A DNA stretch of 64,000 nt from NCBI GenBank assembly GCA_963826715.1, contig CAWGYA010000008.1, forward strand, positions 1,120,001-1,184,000, written 5' to 3'. The position numbers were made by a program, and so were the translations under genes. The stretch is from Candidatus Bathyarchaeota archaeon (lineage in GTDB: Archaea > Thermoproteota > Bathyarchaeia > Bathyarchaeales > Bathycorpusculaceae). Under the pieces are notes generated by a model. It made no database searches, was not told the origin of the DNA, and saw only the letters and a program-made list of their open reading frames with translations. Below are positions 61,322 to 64,000 of the stretch, in pieces. Within the stretch, counting starts at the first letter, position 1, and every line of letters starts with the position of its first letter.

Positions 61322-62215
61322 TTACCGAGGTCTCTTGGGTCTTGTAACGAGCCCAATAACCAAAAACAACACAATTATCCCAATAACTATTGCTGCGATT
61401 TCAGGGTGCAGCAATAGTTGGTACATCAAAATGAAAACTTGAACCACAGGATTGTTCGAAAGCGATTGTGGTGCCATGTTTTCAACGGATACTGGTAATT
61501 CCTGATAGTTTATGGATGCGGGTAATATTACATAATTCACTTTTAGCCATTCGCTTATAGGGTAGAAACTTGACGGGTTTTTCAACCAGGCAAAAATTGT
61601 ACTTACTCCATATGTGTCGAGGGTTGAGACTGCCCTTGCTTGCCCATCAGCGCTGTAGAGGGCATACATCAAATCAGATGAGGAGTTGCTGTGTCTTAAT
61701 CCTAATCCATGTCCTAACTCATGGAGTGCTACATTCTGCAAGTCTACCTCTGATAAGGCATTGCCATGGTTGGAGTGAGTTGCAAGATTGATTGTGCAAT
61801 TTGATAGCACATTATTGTTGTTGGCATAAAGCTGTGTTAGCCCCACTTCATCTGAGCTGTTGCTTAACGGGGAGTTAGTATAGTTAATGTAGATATCAAA
61901 CCCCGCTTTCCACTGAGACGATACTTTAGGCTCCAATTTTAGATTCGATATGTATGAAAAATCTGAATTGTTAACTGCAAACTCATCAATTGCTTCATTC
62001 CACTGCCCTATCGCACGTAATGTGGAATTCAAAACAAGTGGTCCCCACCAGGATTCATTTTCTGCTGGAATTACCAGCAAGTTAAGAATAGGGTGGTTCC
62101 AAACAAAATTGCCTATCTGCAGTGAATAAGTAGTTTGAGCCTGAACGGTGACTGTACTTAATGGGGCAATGAAAATGCAGACACATGCCAAAAGGGCAAA
62201 TAAAAGTTTCAACAT
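61322..62215 (-). CDS. Membrane-anchored matrixin (M10) metalloprotease
   Basis: HELGHGLGLRH zinc motif, Met-turn DLMY, signal peptide and C-terminal TM. Confidence 0.9.
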   Translation of the reverse strand: MLKLLFALLACVCIFIAPLSTVTVQAQTTYSLQIGNFVWNHPILNLLVIPAENESWWGPLVLNSTLRAIGQWNEAIDEFAVNNSDFSYISNLKLEPKVSSQWKAGFDIYINYTNSPLSNSSDEVGLTQLYANNNNVLSNCTINLATHSNHGNALSEVDLQNVALHELGHGLGLRHSNSSSDLMYALYSADGQARAVSTLDTYGVSTIFAWLKNPSSFYPISEWLKVNYVILPASINYQELPVSVENMAPQSLSNNPVVQVFILMYQLLLHPEIAAIVIGIIVLFLVIGLVTRPKRPR

Positions 62216-62544
62216 AACAATATTATAAAATGCAAATTGCGCGTTTAAGTCTTTTTACTTGCAAAACAAAACTGATACTAAGCAAGTTAGTCTTATGGGA
62301 ATGCAGAAATTTTGCCCTTAAAGATCTATATTTTCACTTTTTTCTTCAAGTAGGTTGTTGATTTAAGTAAATTGAATAACATAAATAACAAAGGTTAAAA
62401 AGGCTTAAAAAAGAATAGTGGACATAATGAAGATTTCATTTGTTTCCTTGTGCAGGATTCGGCTTAAGAGGTCTAAATCTGCGATTTTTGAAGATCTATT
62501 ACAAATTAAGCATTTCTTCCTCCGTTTGGTAGGTCTAGGTTTGT

Positions 62545-63792
62545 ATGCTGATTTTTGATTTAATCTCCATAGTATTGCTATCGGTTCTTCTCTTCTGGAC
62601 CGTTTATAATGGATCAATAATATATGTGGGGATAAAAAGTAAACGAAAAAATCAAACATTGAAAAATGAAATGCAGCTACCAAAATTCTCGATAATTGTC
62701 CCCACAAAAAATGAGGAATCTGTAATTCGACGCTGCTTAGATGGCATTCTTAAAACGGATTATCCGAAAGATAAAATGCAGATTGTGGTGGTTGATGGGG
62801 ACTCAACCGACGGGACATATGAAATTTGCTTGGATTTTGAACAAAAAAACCCTTCAACAATAAAAGTAATTCGCGAGAAAACAAGTCGAGGCAAACCTTC
62901 AGCGCTTAACTTCGCGCTTCCAAATTTAACAGGTGATATAGTTGCGGTTTTTGACGCGGACAGTCTACCGCAGGAAGATGTTTTCTCAAAAGTTGCTTGT
63001 TACTTCAACGATGGAAAAATCATGGCAATTCAAGGAATGACCACCTCAATAAACGAGAAAAAAAACGTTTTGACCCGAGTTATCTCAATGGAAGAAAAAG
63101 CATGGTTTCAGATGTTGATGAGTGGTCGAGAAAGACTCCACTTGTTTGTTCCGTTAACTGGAACCTGCCAGTTTGTTCGCCATAATGTGCTTCTCGAACT
63201 TGGTGGTTGGGATGAAAACTCTTTAACTGAGGATGTTGAACTGGCTTTGCGGCTAGTTGAAAACAATCATTTAATAAAATACGCCCCGGATGTTTGTTCT
63301 GGCCAAGAAACACCGAACACTCTAAAGAGTCTCATCAGTCAGCGCGTGCGATGGTACCGCGGATACATGGAAACAGCCCTAAAATATGGGCGCCTTCTTA
63401 ACACTGTTAACAAACGGACAGTTGACGCAGAAATTTCGCTTGCTGGACCCTTTATGATGGTAGTATCGTTACTTAGTTACATAAACTGGTTTCTAGTTGC
63501 CATATTTCTTTCGCAAAGCACACCTATTTTGAACTTCACTGGTTTAGTTATCGCGTTAACAGCAGTTTCACTGGTATCCATTGGGATATCTTTAACAACC
63601 TCAGAGAAGCCAATAAGACTCCGTAACATTCTCTGGATACCCTCAATCTACGTTTATTGGCTCATCCAAATGGTCATCGCAGGATGGGCCTTTCTGAAAC
63701 TGGTTTTTCGCAGGAAACGTGTCTGGACAAAAACCATTAAGGTTGGTTCTTCACTCCCTGGTGAGCGAAAAACAGACGGGTTTTTATCTTAA
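62545..63792 (+). CDS. Processive GT2 glycosyltransferase (cellulose synthase/PgaC-like)
   Basis: DGDSTD, GKP.ALN, FDAD, TED, QRVRW; flanking TMs. Confidence 0.92.
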   Translation: MLIFDLISIVLLSVLLFWTVYNGSIIYVGIKSKRKNQTLKNEMQLPKFSIIVPTKNEESVIRRCLDGILKTDYPKDKMQIVVVDGDSTDGTYEICLDFEQKNPSTIKVIREKTSRGKPSALNFALPNLTGDIVAVFDADSLPQEDVFSKVACYFNDGKIMAIQGMTTSINEKKNVLTRVISMEEKAWFQMLMSGRERLHLFVPLTGTCQFVRHNVLLELGGWDENSLTEDVELALRLVENNHLIKYAPDVCSGQETPNTLKSLISQRVRWYRGYMETALKYGRLLNTVNKRTVDAEISLAGPFMMVVSLLSYINWFLVAIFLSQSTPILNFTGLVIALTAVSLVSIGISLTTSEKPIRLRNILWIPSIYVYWLIQMVIAGWAFLKLVFRRKRVWTKTIKVGSSLPGERKTDGFLS

Positions 63793-64000
63793 AACTCTGA
63801 TCTGAATTTGTTCGGAATGCTTTTGCCGATTAACTAATCAGCGGTTGATTGGAAACTTTATTTGGGAGCTAAATCTATCTTAGGAAATAATGCCGATTAA
63901 TCTGATGAGCGTTTTACACGGTTTAAGTACCGTTAAACCCTGGAGGTTGCCCAACTATTGTTCTTAGAAAACCTCAACGGCTTTGGTTTGACTGCAGACG

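Overview
Archaeal chromosomal window, most consistent with a TACK lineage and probably Bathyarchaeia. This is inferred from the archaeal 23S rRNA with no linked 5S, D-arm tRNA introns, and the style of the surface proteins and integrase tail. Contents in order: the 3' ~2.4 kb of 23S rRNA; MscS; a GT87; a large cell-surface S53 protease; an aRF1 paralog that keeps GGQ but has lost all three stop-codon-recognition motifs; a cbb3-type oxygen reductase operon (ccoN, a tri-heme ccoO-ccoP-like fusion, an unlisted ccoS, and a stand-alone FixP-N-like peptide) beside ccmF; a cell-surface C1A protease; a VapBC-type TA module between tRNA-Leu(TAA) and a copy of its 3' half; larECB plus a Ni/Co ECF transporter; tRNA-Arg(CCT) followed by two tandem decayed integrative elements (att repeats, integrase remnant, pseudogenes); citrate synthase; and a complete NHEJ set (PrimPol, Ku, ligase-phosphoesterase fusion) tied to DUF72, HD and MBL genes and an OB-fold protein. 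The strongest leads are the archaeal cbb3 oxidase with rearranged subunits, the putative codon-independent aRF1 paralog and the extended NHEJ locus. All family calls are from motif recognition by eye; no searches were run.
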